NCBI GenBank assembly: GCA_963745835.1
Contig: CAVUZH010000013.1
Coordinates: forward strand, 192,001 to 256,000
Direction: 5' to 3'
Length of the DNA: 64,000 bases
Origin: an uncultured delta proteobacterium
GTDB taxonomy: Bacteria > Desulfobacterota > Binatia > UBA9968
Below, piece after piece: positions 10,335 to 20,169 of this stretch. How positions within the stretch are numbered: position 1 is the stretch's first letter; every line of letters starts with the position of its first letter. A program made the translations under genes and the position numbers. The notes beneath the pieces are model-generated. The model worked only from the letters and a program-made list of their open reading frames with translations. It made no database searches and was not told the DNA's origin.

Positions 10335-10535
10335 ATGGGCAAAAAAGAAAAGAAGCCGATCTCTATAGGACCGCAGTTCTACACACTTCTCTCCCTTACG
10401 GATACGATCGTTGCAGAACTGCGCTGGGGTAAGAAGAAAAATAACCGATTAGCTAAAGTTGCCGATCCGTTGACTGCAGAACCGCGCCTGATAAGAAAAC
10501 GCCTGAGCGGCAAGCTAAAAATAGAGCGGCTTTAA
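10335..10535 (+). CDS. Small basic hypothetical protein
   Basis: 66-aa Lys-rich ORF; no clear RBS or family motif. Confidence 0.25.
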   Translation: MGKKEKKPISIGPQFYTLLSLTDTIVAELRWGKKKNNRLAKVADPLTAEPRLIRKRLSGKLKIERL

Positions 10536-10820
10536 TCAGCTCCGTAAGTAATCCGCCAACCTTGATCGTTGTGTACGAACTTGATTGAGAGGCGACATGG
10601 GAGAGTTCTTACAAAACAACCTCGACTGACTGGCGTGCTGCTAACCCCACGCTAGCAAACCGAAGCGCCTTAACCTTTATTTTACAGGCCAGCGAACCAG
10701 CTAGCATCGCCTATCTAACTAAAGATATTCGTAACAACTCACGAGAGAACGTCAAGTGAGTTGATACTTCGAAACCCGCCAAACAATCGTAGCCCTGCCG
10801 TCTCTCCCCTGCACCGATAA

Positions 10821-11024
10821 TCAGGACCTTTTTGGCGGCGATCCTTCCTCGTGAAACCACTCGCATTTGCCGTCACGATGCTTCTGAATACAGCCATTGC
10901 AGAAGCTATACGGCGGATCCGAGCTGTCTCGTTGCTCGTAGCCCGATTGAGGCCAGTGCTCGCAGTTTCTGCAAAAGTGCCATACGTTCTCCCTGGGTAG
11001 CTTTCGATACAAGGTTTTCGTCAC
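10821..11024 (-). CDS. Small Cys-rich putative zinc-binding protein (67 aa)
   Basis: RBS GAGGTG before GTG 11024; WHFCRNCEHWP...FCNGC...KC. Confidence 0.6.
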   Translation of the reverse strand: MTKTLYRKLPRENVWHFCRNCEHWPQSGYEQRDSSDPPYSFCNGCIQKHRDGKCEWFHEEGSPPKRS

Positions 11025-11501
11025 GGGATCACCTCGAAGTCCGTCAGGATGTTTAGATCTCGCAGGGGTTAAATGATGCAGGGGACTAGCGATTCTTAGG
11101 GTTATGCTGTCGGAGAACGAAAACAGGCAGATAGATAACAAGGGATTAACGGCAATCAGCCGCTGTATAGCTCTCATGTTCTCGCCGTCGGGCCGATGAT
11201 CCAGCATGTAAACCGGGGCGGTAATACACCTCGGGTACGCCTCTGTCAACACCTCTGTCCGTACGATTTCATAGGCAAGCGGTTAGCCTCCGGCAAGGGG
11301 CTTTGCCTAGCAGAAGTATAGTCTGAGGAACCGAAATTCAACGAATGCGGCGCGAAGAGAGCTTCAACCGCGAAAGCTGCCGGCCGGACAGATCGCCAGA
11401 CTGGATTAAACTGAGGTTAGCGATGGACTGGCTCCTCGCAAATTGTTATCGATATTGCTACAGAGAAACGGGTGCCCACCTAAAAGCAACAGGCTTGCTC
11501 T

Positions 11502-11596
11502 GGAGAAGGAAGGTGCCCGGTGGTGCCGCTGGTCTTCAAAACCAGTCTGGGGGCCGTAAGGTTCCCGGAGGGTTCGACTCCCTCCCTTCTCCGCCA
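11502..11596 (+). tRNA. selC: tRNA-Sec (UCA)
   Basis: 8-bp acceptor stem GGAGAAGG/CCTTCTCC, 6-bp D stem, anticodon loop CTTCAAA, long variable arm with GTAA loop, 5-bp T stem with TTCGACT loop, ends GCCA. Confidence 0.95.
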
Positions 11597-11612
11597 GATA
11601 TACCGTCACTCG

Positions 11613-13262
11613 TCATGCGCTCGCCGTGAAAACCGCTTGCAGGATCTGCCAGGCTTCGTCTTGGATTTGCTTGAGATGTTCCTCACTGCGCATGCTTTCT
11701 GCGTAAATTTTGCACAGGTCTTCAGTTCCCGATGGGCGCACGGCGAACCAGCCGTTTTGTGAAACGACTTTAAGCCCGCCGATCTCAGCATTGTTGCCTG
11801 GCGCTCGCGTCAGCTTAGCGATGATCGCTTCGCCCGCCAATTGCTCAGCCGACAACGTCTCAGGAGTGAGCTTTTTAAGCGCCGATTTTTGTGTCGCGGT
11901 TGCCGGGATATCGCTGCGCGCGTAATAAGGTCTGCCGAGATCTCCAACAATCTCTTCATAGCGTTCGGCGGGATCTTTTCCCGTCCGCGCGATGATCTCC
12001 GCCGCGAGCAGGCAGAGAATAATTCCATCCTTGTCGGTGGTCCAGACCGACCCGTTGCGGCATAGAAAACTGGCCCCGGCGCTTTCCTCGCCACCGAAGC
12101 AAATCGTGCCGTCAAGCAGCCCTTGTGAAAACCATTTGAAACCGACCGGTGCTTCGAAAAGCTTGCGCCCGCGTAAATCCACTACTCGGTCGATCAGTGA
12201 ACTGCTCACCAGAGTTTTGCCGACCGAAGCGCGGGGACTCCAATTCGACCGGTTGGCTAGGAGATAATCAACAGCCACCGCCAGATAGTGATTGGGATTC
12301 ATCAGCCCAATGCCCGGCGTGACGATGCCGTGGCGGTCGGCGTCGGCATCATTGCCCATAGCTACCTGGTAGTGATCCTTCAGATTCACCAAGCTCGCCA
12401 TCGCGTAGGGGCTCGAACAATCCATCCTGATTTTCCCGTCGTGATCGAGCGTCATGAACTTAAAAGTCGGATCGATTTGCGTATTGACCACCGTCAGGTC
12501 CAACCGGTATCGCTCGCCAATGGCTTGCCAGTAAGAGACTGCCGCACCGCCTAGAGGGTCAATGCCGATATTTACGAGACTTGCGCTGATTGCTTCCATG
12601 TCGACAACTTCGATCAGATCATCGACATAGGGCGTCAGCAAATCTTCTTGATGAACGTTGACTGCACGAAGCGCAGCATTATAAGAGAGCCGTTTCGTTT
12701 CCCGATTGCCCTTCTTCAATAGATCGTTGGCGCGCTGCTGAATCCAGTCGGTCACGTCAGTATCGGCGGGGCCGCCGTTGGGCGGGTTGTACTTAAATCC
12801 GCCATCCGCCGGCGGGTTATGCGACGGTGTCACGACGATGCCGTCGGCAAAACCATTTTTTTTATTGCCGTTGTAATTCAGAATTGCTCGGGAGATCGAT
12901 GGCGTCGGCGTAAAGCCATCGTCGCGCTGGATCACGGTTTCGACTTTATTGGCCGCGAGAACCTCGAGGGCGGTGCGCTGCGCCGGGCCGGAAACCGCGT
13001 GAGTGTCCTTGCCCATAAAGAGCGGCCCGGTTATTTTCTGGGTGGCGCGATAATCACAGATTGCCTGAGTCATCGCCAGGATATGCGCCTCATTGAGTGA
13101 GGTATCCAGCGCGTTTCCACGGTGACCGCTCGTGCCGAAACTCACTCGTTGCAATGGATTATCAATGTCGGGAGTTCGGTCGTAGTATGCCCTCTCGAGT
13201 TCGCCAACGTTGATCAGAACTTCCTGGGGCGCGGGTTTTCCCGCCAAAGGATGAATACTCAT
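11613..13262 (-). CDS. pgm: Phosphoglucomutase (alpha-D-glucose-1,6-bisphosphate-dependent)
   Basis: FGTSGHRG, TPSHNP phosphoserine loop, DADADRHG metal loop, GGEESAG, RPSGTE. Confidence 0.97.
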   Translation of the reverse strand: MSIHPLAGKPAPQEVLINVGELERAYYDRTPDIDNPLQRVSFGTSGHRGNALDTSLNEAHILAMTQAICDYRATQKITGPLFMGKDTHAVSGPAQRTALEVLAANKVETVIQRDDGFTPTPSISRAILNYNGNKKNGFADGIVVTPSHNPPADGGFKYNPPNGGPADTDVTDWIQQRANDLLKKGNRETKRLSYNAALRAVNVHQEDLLTPYVDDLIEVVDMEAISASLVNIGIDPLGGAAVSYWQAIGERYRLDLTVVNTQIDPTFKFMTLDHDGKIRMDCSSPYAMASLVNLKDHYQVAMGNDADADRHGIVTPGIGLMNPNHYLAVAVDYLLANRSNWSPRASVGKTLVSSSLIDRVVDLRGRKLFEAPVGFKWFSQGLLDGTICFGGEESAGASFLCRNGSVWTTDKDGIILCLLAAEIIARTGKDPAERYEEIVGDLGRPYYARSDIPATATQKSALKKLTPETLSAEQLAGEAIIAKLTRAPGNNAEIGGLKVVSQNGWFAVRPSGTEDLCKIYAESMRSEEHLKQIQDEAWQILQAVFTASA

Positions 13263-13450
13263 CTATCTACTCCTCCTGCCACCGAATTGATCCCACACCA
13301 CTGCCGAACAAGACTTAATTTAAACGTTTAGCCGGGTATGCTCCAGAGGCTAATTTTTTTGGCGCAGGGGAGCCGCCGCCGGCCCGGGACTACTCACCTT
13401 GGCGAGTGATGTCGGTCAACCACAAAACACAGTTGCAACAAGGAAGCATA

Positions 13451-13496
13451 GAGAAAGAAAGGCTAGGGGATGGCGACCATGGTCACCATCCCCTGG
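13451..13496 (-). terminator. Rho-independent terminator downstream of the metallothionein gene
   Basis: Long GC stem CCAGGGGATGGTGAC/GTCGCCATCCCCTAG followed by CTTTCTTTCTC on the minus strand, just after the stop codon. Confidence 0.7.
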
Positions 13497-13499
13497 GTG

Positions 13500-13658
13500 T
13501 CACTGACAATCGGCGTGACCGCATTCACAATCACCGGAATCCGATTGGCTGGCATCTGCACAGTGCTCGCTGCAGAAAGTTTCTCCGTGGCGGGAAACGC
13601 CCTGTCCTTTCTCCAGCGCACAATCACAATCTGGATGAGCGCAGCTCTCTTCCGCCAT
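13500..13658 (-). CDS. Bacterial metallothionein (SmtA/BmtA-like), 52 aa; not in the ORF track
   Basis: Hand translation: MAEESCAHPDCDCALEKGQGVSRHGETFCSEHCADASQSDSGDCECGHADCQ (8 Cys, 4 His). Strong RBS AAAGGAGGTGA. Confidence 0.85.
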   Translation of the reverse strand: MAEESCAHPDCDCALEKGQGVSRHGETFCSEHCADASQSDSGDCECGHADCQ

Positions 13659-13765
13659 TTTAACTCACCTCCTTTCTGTCCGGCTTTTTCCCGACTAAAT
13701 CCAACCTCGGTCTATGCATCCGAGCGATGGGTCGTTCTATAGCGTTGCCCTTCACCAGATCGGAC

Positions 13766-13780
13766 GCAGAGATCATGCCA
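13766..13780 (-). promoter_or_regulatory. Putative sigma54 promoter of the metallothionein gene
   Basis: Minus strand TGGCATGATCTCTGC versus consensus TGGCACG-N4-TTGC. Confidence 0.5.
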
Positions 13781-13958
13781 GTGACAGGCAGCGCAAATTC
13801 AGAGTATTCGCGCAAGAATGATTAAATTGTGACGTCGTGACTCCGCTGCTGTGTTGATGTCGGGACAAAACTTTATTCGGCTTACCTGCGGTTATCTAGA
13901 CCACCGTGATGCTTTGGTTAGAGTCCCAACAGTCTGGCGGCGCGCAGGAGCAGAAATC

Positions 13959-14084
13959 ATGGAACTTAGCTTCGCAGTACTATCCGGTTTTATCGCTGCT
14001 CTGATTGCACCCTCGCTAGACCGAATCGCGCGCGACTCCACCGGCTGGCTGCTGGCTGTTTTTCCATCGATCTTGTTCGTGTAA
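13959..14084 (+). pseudogene. N-terminal fragment (41 aa) of an Mrp/Mnh Na+/H+ antiporter subunit A-like gene
   Basis: RBS AGGAG; MELSFAVLSGFIAALIAPSLDRIARDSTGWLLAVFPSILFV resembles MnhA N-termini; no continuation downstream. Confidence 0.5.
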
Positions 14085-14331
14085 TCTTGTCTGTGCGCGC
14101 CGCCGAGCACTTGATGGATACAAGCGAATACATTCGAGCCGTTCTCTCCCAACAAATTAGAGTACAATCGTGAAGGAGGTGAAAGCATCTGCCTGAACTT
14201 ATTTTCGCTGCGCAGAGCTTGCTCTCATCGCAAGAATGTTGAACTCTGCTCGGGGAGCGACGAAATATTCCGGCCGCCGTTATCATTAGTGGTGACGAAT
14301 TGCTTGGCCGATCACGATTAAGGAGGATCGC

Positions 14332-15870
14332 ATGTCTAAAAGGAATAACGAAATCAGCCGGCGAAATTTTTTAAAAGGATCAGCCGCGCTTGGCGCAGGC
14401 CTCATCACCACCCCTTATCTGTTTCGCAATGCTTTTGCCGCTTCCAGAGACCGCATTACGATCTATCAGAACACCGTTGCCGATTCGATCAATCCCTACA
14501 ATCAAAGTTCCGGCTCGATCTATGGCAACTGGCAGCACGTCATCGAACCGCTGGTGGAACTGGATTACACAAAAAAGACCTGGGTCGGCGTCCTTGCCGA
14601 GTCCTGGGAGTTCAAAGGAAAACAATGGGTGTTCAAGCTCAAAAAGGGCATCAAATTTCACAATGGCGCGCCACTGACATCCCAAGACGTGGTGTTCTCG
14701 GTCGAAAGGATGCGCGATCAAAAGGGCGGCAGCCTGCAAGCCTCGAACTTCAATGATGTCACTGAAATACAAACGCCGGATGATCAGACCGTCGTCTTCG
14801 TAACCAAGCAGCCTCTGGCAGTTTTCTTGGACCGTTTGAGAAACCGCTTCATCGTCAGCAAGGTTGCCGGCGACAAATACGGCGACCAGCTGTATCAGAA
14901 TCTGGTCGGCACCGGTCCTTATAAATTCGTCAGCTTTCAGCGCGGCGGTAATCTGGTTTTCATCCGCAACGACGATTACTGGGGCGGCAAAGCGGCGATC
15001 AAAGAAGTTGTTTTTCGCAAGGTCACCGAAGACGCCGCGCGCCTTGCGGCATTGGAATCAGGCCAGGCCGATTTCATTAACGCCATTCCGGTCCATGAAG
15101 TCGGCAGATTAGAGCGTCATCCGCGCATCAGGGTCGATAAGATCGAAGGCCTGGAGATGTATTTTCTTATGATGAACGTCGCCTACAAGCCCTTTGACAA
15201 CAAGCTGGTGCGTCAGGCTGTCAATCACTGCGTCGATGCATCGGCTATTGTCAAAAACATCTTTGACGGCATCGGTTATCCGATCGACGGCCCGGTCGGA
15301 CCGCACGTCATCGGCTCTGATCCGAAACTCAAACGCTATCCCTATGATCCCAACAAAGCTAAGGCGCTATTAGCGCAAGCCGGATACACCGATGGCTGTG
15401 ACGTGCAGCTCTATTATTCCGCCGGCCGCTATGCCAAAGACAGAGAAGTCTGCCAGGCAGTGGCGGCTCAGATGGTCAAAGGCGGCTTCAGAGTCGAGCT
15501 CATCTCTCAAGAATGGGCTCTGTTTTGGGGACAGGAAGGAGTCAACGGCGGCAAGCTCCCCTTCTATTATAACAATCGCGGATCTTTGACCGATGCGGAT
15601 ACCTTCTACGACCAGTATTTTCGCACAGGCACCACCAAGCGGTGCAATTACAGCAACCCGTCTTTCGACAAGATCATCGATGAAGAGCAAATGATCCCCG
15701 ACATTAAGAAACGGATCGCGTTGCTGCAACAGGCGGGAAAGATTCTTATGGAAGACGCGCCGTTCGTACCGCTCTACAATCTCGCATCCATCTACGGCGC
15801 GGCGAAGAATCTGGCTTGGCGGATGAGACCGGATGAGAAGGTGCTCGGCTGGGATATGAAGATCGTCTAA
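14332..15870 (+). CDS. Family-5 (DppA/OppA/NikA-like) ABC substrate-binding protein, Tat-exported
   Basis: SRRNFLK Tat motif; LAESWE, KFHNGAPLT, GTGPYKF, PFDNKLVRQA. Confidence 0.92.
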   Translation: MSKRNNEISRRNFLKGSAALGAGLITTPYLFRNAFAASRDRITIYQNTVADSINPYNQSSGSIYGNWQHVIEPLVELDYTKKTWVGVLAESWEFKGKQWVFKLKKGIKFHNGAPLTSQDVVFSVERMRDQKGGSLQASNFNDVTEIQTPDDQTVVFVTKQPLAVFLDRLRNRFIVSKVAGDKYGDQLYQNLVGTGPYKFVSFQRGGNLVFIRNDDYWGGKAAIKEVVFRKVTEDAARLAALESGQADFINAIPVHEVGRLERHPRIRVDKIEGLEMYFLMMNVAYKPFDNKLVRQAVNHCVDASAIVKNIFDGIGYPIDGPVGPHVIGSDPKLKRYPYDPNKAKALLAQAGYTDGCDVQLYYSAGRYAKDREVCQAVAAQMVKGGFRVELISQEWALFWGQEGVNGGKLPFYYNNRGSLTDADTFYDQYFRTGTTKRCNYSNPSFDKIIDEEQMIPDIKKRIALLQQAGKILMEDAPFVPLYNLASIYGAAKNLAWRMRPDEKVLGWDMKIV

Positions 15871-16098
15871 TACGGCTGCATCGCAAGCTCGATCACGAGG
15901 ATTTACAGCGGGACGATTTAGTCGGGCTTACGATAGGATGTTTTGGAATACTCACCTGTAAAACCCCGCTGTGTTTCACTGCTCAACTCGGCGCTTTTGC
16001 GCCTTCGCGCGAGATATCCCGCCTTACACTTGCGGCAATGACGCGTTGGTTCTTTATGGTGACAAATAGGTTGGCCAATCACTAGCGAGGAGGATCGC

Positions 16099-17637
16099 AT
16101 GTCTAAGAAAAGTACATTAACCAGCCGTAGAGATTTTCTGAAAAAAAGCGCGACAATAAGCGTCGGCGCCATCATGGCGCCCTACATACATCGCCATGCC
16201 TTCGCGGCTTCGAGAGACCGGGTCACCATCTATCATTCGACGGTGGCCGACAACGTCAATCCCTACAATCAAAGTTCCAGTCCAATCTACGGCAACTGGG
16301 AGCATGTCATAGAGCCTCTCGTTGAATTCGATTACGCAAAAAAAGTCTGGATCGGCGTGCTCGCCGAATCGTGGGAATTTCAGGGAAACCGCTGGCAGTT
16401 CAAGCTTAGAAAAGGGATCAAGTTTCACAATGGCGCGCCACTGACGTCCAAAGACGTCGTCTTTTCAGTGGAAAAAATGCGCGATGCAAAAGCCGGTAGC
16501 TTACAATCGTCAAACTTCAAGGAGGTTACTGAAATACAGACGCCGGACGACGAGACTGTTATATTCGTGACCAAGCAACCTTTGGCAATTTTCTTGGATC
16601 GGTTGAGCAACCGATTCATTAGCAGCAAGGTAGCTGCGGACAAGTACGGTGATCAATGGTTTCAAAACCCAATCGGCACCGGCCCGTATAAATTCGTCAG
16701 TTTCCAGCGCGGCGGTAATTTGGTCTTCACGCGCAACGACGACTATTGGCGCGGCAAAGCAGCGATCAAAGAAATTGTCATCCGGAAGGTTACCGAAGAT
16801 GCGGCGCGCCTCGCGGCGCTGGAGGCAGGCCAGGCCGACTTCATCAATGCTGTGCCGGTCCATGAAGTGCCGCGATTGCAACGTCATCCGAGGATTAGAG
16901 TTGATAGCATAGAAGCGCTGCACATGTATTTCCTGATGATGAATGTCGCCCATAAGCCTTTTGACAACAAGCTGGTGCGGCAGGCGGTTAATTATTCTGT
17001 CGATGCCCCAGCGATCGTAAAGAATATCTTCGACGGCATCGGCCATCCGGTAAATGGGCCGATCGCATCGAGTATCATCGGCTCCGATCCGACACTGAAA
17101 CGCTATCCTTACGATCCCAAAAAGGCGAAGCAACTATTAGCACAGGCAGGCTATACTGAGGGCTGCGATGTGCAGCTCTACTATTCCACTGGTCGATACC
17201 CGAAGGACAGAGAGGTATGTCAGGCAGTCGCGGCCCAGATGACCAAAGGCGGTTTCAGAGTGGAGCTGATCTCTCAGGAGTGGGCTCTGTTCTGGGGATC
17301 GGAAGGCGTCAACGGCGGTAAGCTACCCTTTTATTACAACAATCGCGGCCCGCTAGTTGATGCCGATACGTTTTACGACCAGTATTTTCGCACAGGCACC
17401 ACCAAGCGATGCAATTATAGCAACCCGGAGTTCGACAAACTCATCGAGGAAGAGCAAAAAGCAGGTGACAACAAGAAACGTGTCGCCTTGCTGCAACAGG
17501 CCGGAAAGATTCTCATGGAGGATGTGCCGTTCGTGCCGCTCTACCATCTTGCAAATATTTATGGCGCGGCAAAAAATTTAGCGTGGGAGATGAAACCTGA
17601 TGAGAAAATTCTTGGCTGGGATATGAAGATCTCATAA
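16099..17637 (+). CDS. Family-5 ABC substrate-binding protein, tandem paralog of 14332-15870
   Basis: SRRDFLK Tat motif; same length (512 aa) and highly similar sequence. Confidence 0.92.
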   Translation: MSKKSTLTSRRDFLKKSATISVGAIMAPYIHRHAFAASRDRVTIYHSTVADNVNPYNQSSSPIYGNWEHVIEPLVEFDYAKKVWIGVLAESWEFQGNRWQFKLRKGIKFHNGAPLTSKDVVFSVEKMRDAKAGSLQSSNFKEVTEIQTPDDETVIFVTKQPLAIFLDRLSNRFISSKVAADKYGDQWFQNPIGTGPYKFVSFQRGGNLVFTRNDDYWRGKAAIKEIVIRKVTEDAARLAALEAGQADFINAVPVHEVPRLQRHPRIRVDSIEALHMYFLMMNVAHKPFDNKLVRQAVNYSVDAPAIVKNIFDGIGHPVNGPIASSIIGSDPTLKRYPYDPKKAKQLLAQAGYTEGCDVQLYYSTGRYPKDREVCQAVAAQMTKGGFRVELISQEWALFWGSEGVNGGKLPFYYNNRGPLVDADTFYDQYFRTGTTKRCNYSNPEFDKLIEEEQKAGDNKKRVALLQQAGKILMEDVPFVPLYHLANIYGAAKNLAWEMKPDEKILGWDMKIS

Positions 17638-17787
17638 CGCGAACGGGTAGATCAACCAGGAACGAAAACTAGCAAGAAGGCGTCTAAAGATAACTCTATC
17701 ACCTACGGCGAGAACTTCGGATTGCGATTGTTTTTATCTGAGACTGATTCGGACGGCTAGTTTTCATCCGACGATCAAGGCCGCTGG

Positions 17788-20169
17788 TCATTTCTTTAAC
17801 TTGGCGCGCTCCAGCGCCAAGCCGATTGCACCGGTCGCTTCTGGCGTGGCTCGCCTAAATGGCTGGGGACGCCGCTCCGGAGCCCCGTTTTTTGCATTAG
17901 CGTTCGCTTCGACGTGTACGTCAGCGATACGCGAGACAGTGCTCGGTGCGCTGTCGAGCCGCATGGTTAGGGAAATGCGCTGGCGCTTCAAATCGACTTC
18001 CATCACCTTCACTTTGACGATCTGACCGGGCTTGACGATTTCGTACGGATCTTTGACGAAACTATTTGACAGCGCCGAGATGTGGACGAGGCCGTCCTGG
18101 TGCACACCGATATCGACGAAAGCCCCGAAAGCCGCCACATTGGTGACAACTCCTTCGAGAATCATGTTGGGCTGCAAGTCAGAAATAGACTCGATGCCTT
18201 CCTCGAATGTAGCTGTTTTGAATTCGGGCCGGGGATCGCGGCCGGGCTTTTCCAGCTCCCTGATTATGTCGCGTACTGTCGGCAAACCGAACTTCTCATC
18301 GGTAAACTGCGCCGGCGAAAGCTCCTTCAGCGCCGCCGACTGGCCCATCACCTCGCCGATGCTTTTGCCTATGCGGCTCAGAATGCGCTCGACCACCGGA
18401 TAAGCTTCCGGGTGCACCGCGGAACGATCCAGTGGATTATCGCCGTCGTTGATCCGCAGGAAGCCCGCAGCCTGCTCGAACGTCTTGTCGCCGACCCTTG
18501 GCACCTTGCGAATGACTTTACGATTGCGAAACGGGCCGTTAGCATCGCGGTACTCAACGATGTTGTTGGCCACGACATTATTGAGCCCTGAGACGCGCGA
18601 CAGGAGCGGCACCGAAGCCGTGTTGACATCCACCCCCACCGCATTGACACAATCCTCGACCGTCGCATCGAGAGAGCGTGCCAGCGCGCGCTGGTCGACA
18701 TCGTGCTGATATTGGCCCACGCCGATGGCCTTAGGATCGATCTTCACCAGTTCGGCCAATGGATCTTGCAAGCGCCTGGCGATGGACACTGCGCCACGCA
18801 GGCTCACGTCCAATTGCGGGAACTCGGCAGCGGCAAACGCCGAAGCCGAATAAACCGACGCGCCCGCTTCGCTGACGACGATCTTATTTACTTTACGGTT
18901 CGGCATTTTGGCCGCCAGCAGTTTGATGACGTCGGCGGCGAGCTTGTCGGTCTCACGACTGCCCGTGCCGTTGCCGATGGCAATCAACTCGACCTCATGC
19001 TGCGCCACCATGCGCGCCAAGGTCGAAAGCGATCCCTGCCAATCATTGCGCGGCTGCTGTGGGTAGACAGTGGCCGTTGACAGCAGCTTCCCGGTGGCAT
19101 CGACCACCGCCAGTTTGCAGCCGGTGCGGATCCCAGGATCGATGCCGAGCACAACCTTGGGGCCTGCAGGCGCCGCCAGCAATAGCTCATGCAGATTACG
19201 GCGGAAGATCTTAATCGCCTCGGCTTCCGCGGTTTCGCGCAATTGCATCAGCAATTCGCTGCTAAGATGCGGGTGGGCCTTGACCTTCCAGGTCCAAGTA
19301 CAGACGTCGGCGAGCCACTTATCGGCGCGGCGGCCGAGATCTTCAATGCCGAACTGCGCTGCGATCATCGTGATACAGGGATGCGGCACCGCAGCTTCGA
19401 GTGGTTCACTTAGCGCCAACTCGACCTTGAGCACGTCGAGACTGCGGCCGCGAAATATTGCCAGTGCGCGATGCGACGGGATCGTCCGTATCGCTTCGGA
19501 ATATCCGTAATAGTCGCGAAACTTTTCTTCCTCAGCCGCTTCCTTACCCTCAATCACCGTTGATGTAACAATGCCCTGCTCCCAAAGCCGGGCGCGCAGC
19601 TTGACCAGCAGGTCGGCAGTTTCGGCAAAACGCTCGGCAAGAATATCCCGCGCGCCGTCAAGCGCTGCTTTGACATCGGCAACGCCGCCTTCGGCCGCCG
19701 GTTTATCATTGACGTATTTCGCAGCTTCTCCAGTTGGATCGAGAGTTGGATCGGTGAACAACGCATTGGCGAGCGGCTCCAGGCCCGCCTCGCGCGCAAT
19801 CTGCGCGCGGGTGCGGCGTTTCGGCTTATACGGCAAATAGATGTCCTCTAAAGCTTGCTTGGTGGCGGCAACTTCGATGGCGCTGCGCAATGCGTCACTG
19901 AGTTTGCCCTGCTCTTCAATGGAACTGAGGATAGTCGCCCGCCGTTCTTCCAATTCGCGCAAATACAGCAATCGCTCTTCGAGATCGCGTAGCTGCGTAT
20001 CGTCAAGATTACTAGTAACCTCCTTGCGGTAGCGCGCAATGAACGGCACGGTTGCGCCTTCGTCGAGCAGCGCGACTGTAGCGGAGACCTGATGCGCCGC
20101 GACATTGAGCTCCGTGGCAATGACTTGATTGATTTTTAACTGAGCAGTGTCTGAAACAGTATGGGTCAT
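17788..20169 (-). CDS. tex: Tex/YhgF RNA-binding transcription accessory protein
   Basis: [46 protein letters not shown]-terminal S1 domain. Confidence 0.96.
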   Translation of the reverse strand: MTHTVSDTAQLKINQVIATELNVAAHQVSATVALLDEGATVPFIARYRKEVTSNLDDTQLRDLEERLLYLRELEERRATILSSIEEQGKLSDALRSAIEVAATKQALEDIYLPYKPKRRTRAQIAREAGLEPLANALFTDPTLDPTGEAAKYVNDKPAAEGGVADVKAALDGARDILAERFAETADLLVKLRARLWEQGIVTSTVIEGKEAAEEEKFRDYYGYSEAIRTIPSHRALAIFRGRSLDVLKVELALSEPLEAAVPHPCITMIAAQFGIEDLGRRADKWLADVCTWTWKVKAHPHLSSELLMQLRETAEAEAIKIFRRNLHELLLAAPAGPKVVLGIDPGIRTGCKLAVVDATGKLLSTATVYPQQPRNDWQGSLSTLARMVAQHEVELIAIGNGTGSRETDKLAADVIKLLAAKMPNRKVNKIVVSEAGASVYSASAFAAAEFPQLDVSLRGAVSIARRLQDPLAELVKIDPKAIGVGQYQHDVDQRALARSLDATVEDCVNAVGVDVNTASVPLLSRVSGLNNVVANNIVEYRDANGPFRNRKVIRKVPRVGDKTFEQAAGFLRINDGDNPLDRSAVHPEAYPVVERILSRIGKSIGEVMGQSAALKELSPAQFTDEKFGLPTVRDIIRELEKPGRDPRPEFKTATFEEGIESISDLQPNMILEGVVTNVAAFGAFVDIGVHQDGLVHISALSNSFVKDPYEIVKPGQIVKVKVMEVDLKRQRISLTMRLDSAPSTVSRIADVHVEANANAKNGAPERRPQPFRRATPEATGAIGLALERAKLKK

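Noticed and set aside
7830-11612. Prophage or integrative element at tRNA-Sec
   Set aside because: No integrase or phage structural gene and no duplicated tRNA 3' end were seen; pgm abuts the tRNA 3' end.
13451-13502. Hairpin right after the metallothionein TGA as a SECIS element
   Set aside because: It is a long near-perfect stem with a pyrimidine/U tract, typical of a terminator; the protein already ends like a complete metallothionein.
16072-16086. TGGCCAATCACTAGC as a sigma54 promoter
   Set aside because: The predicted start site would fall downstream of the RBS, and the GC element is not conserved in the paralogous leader.
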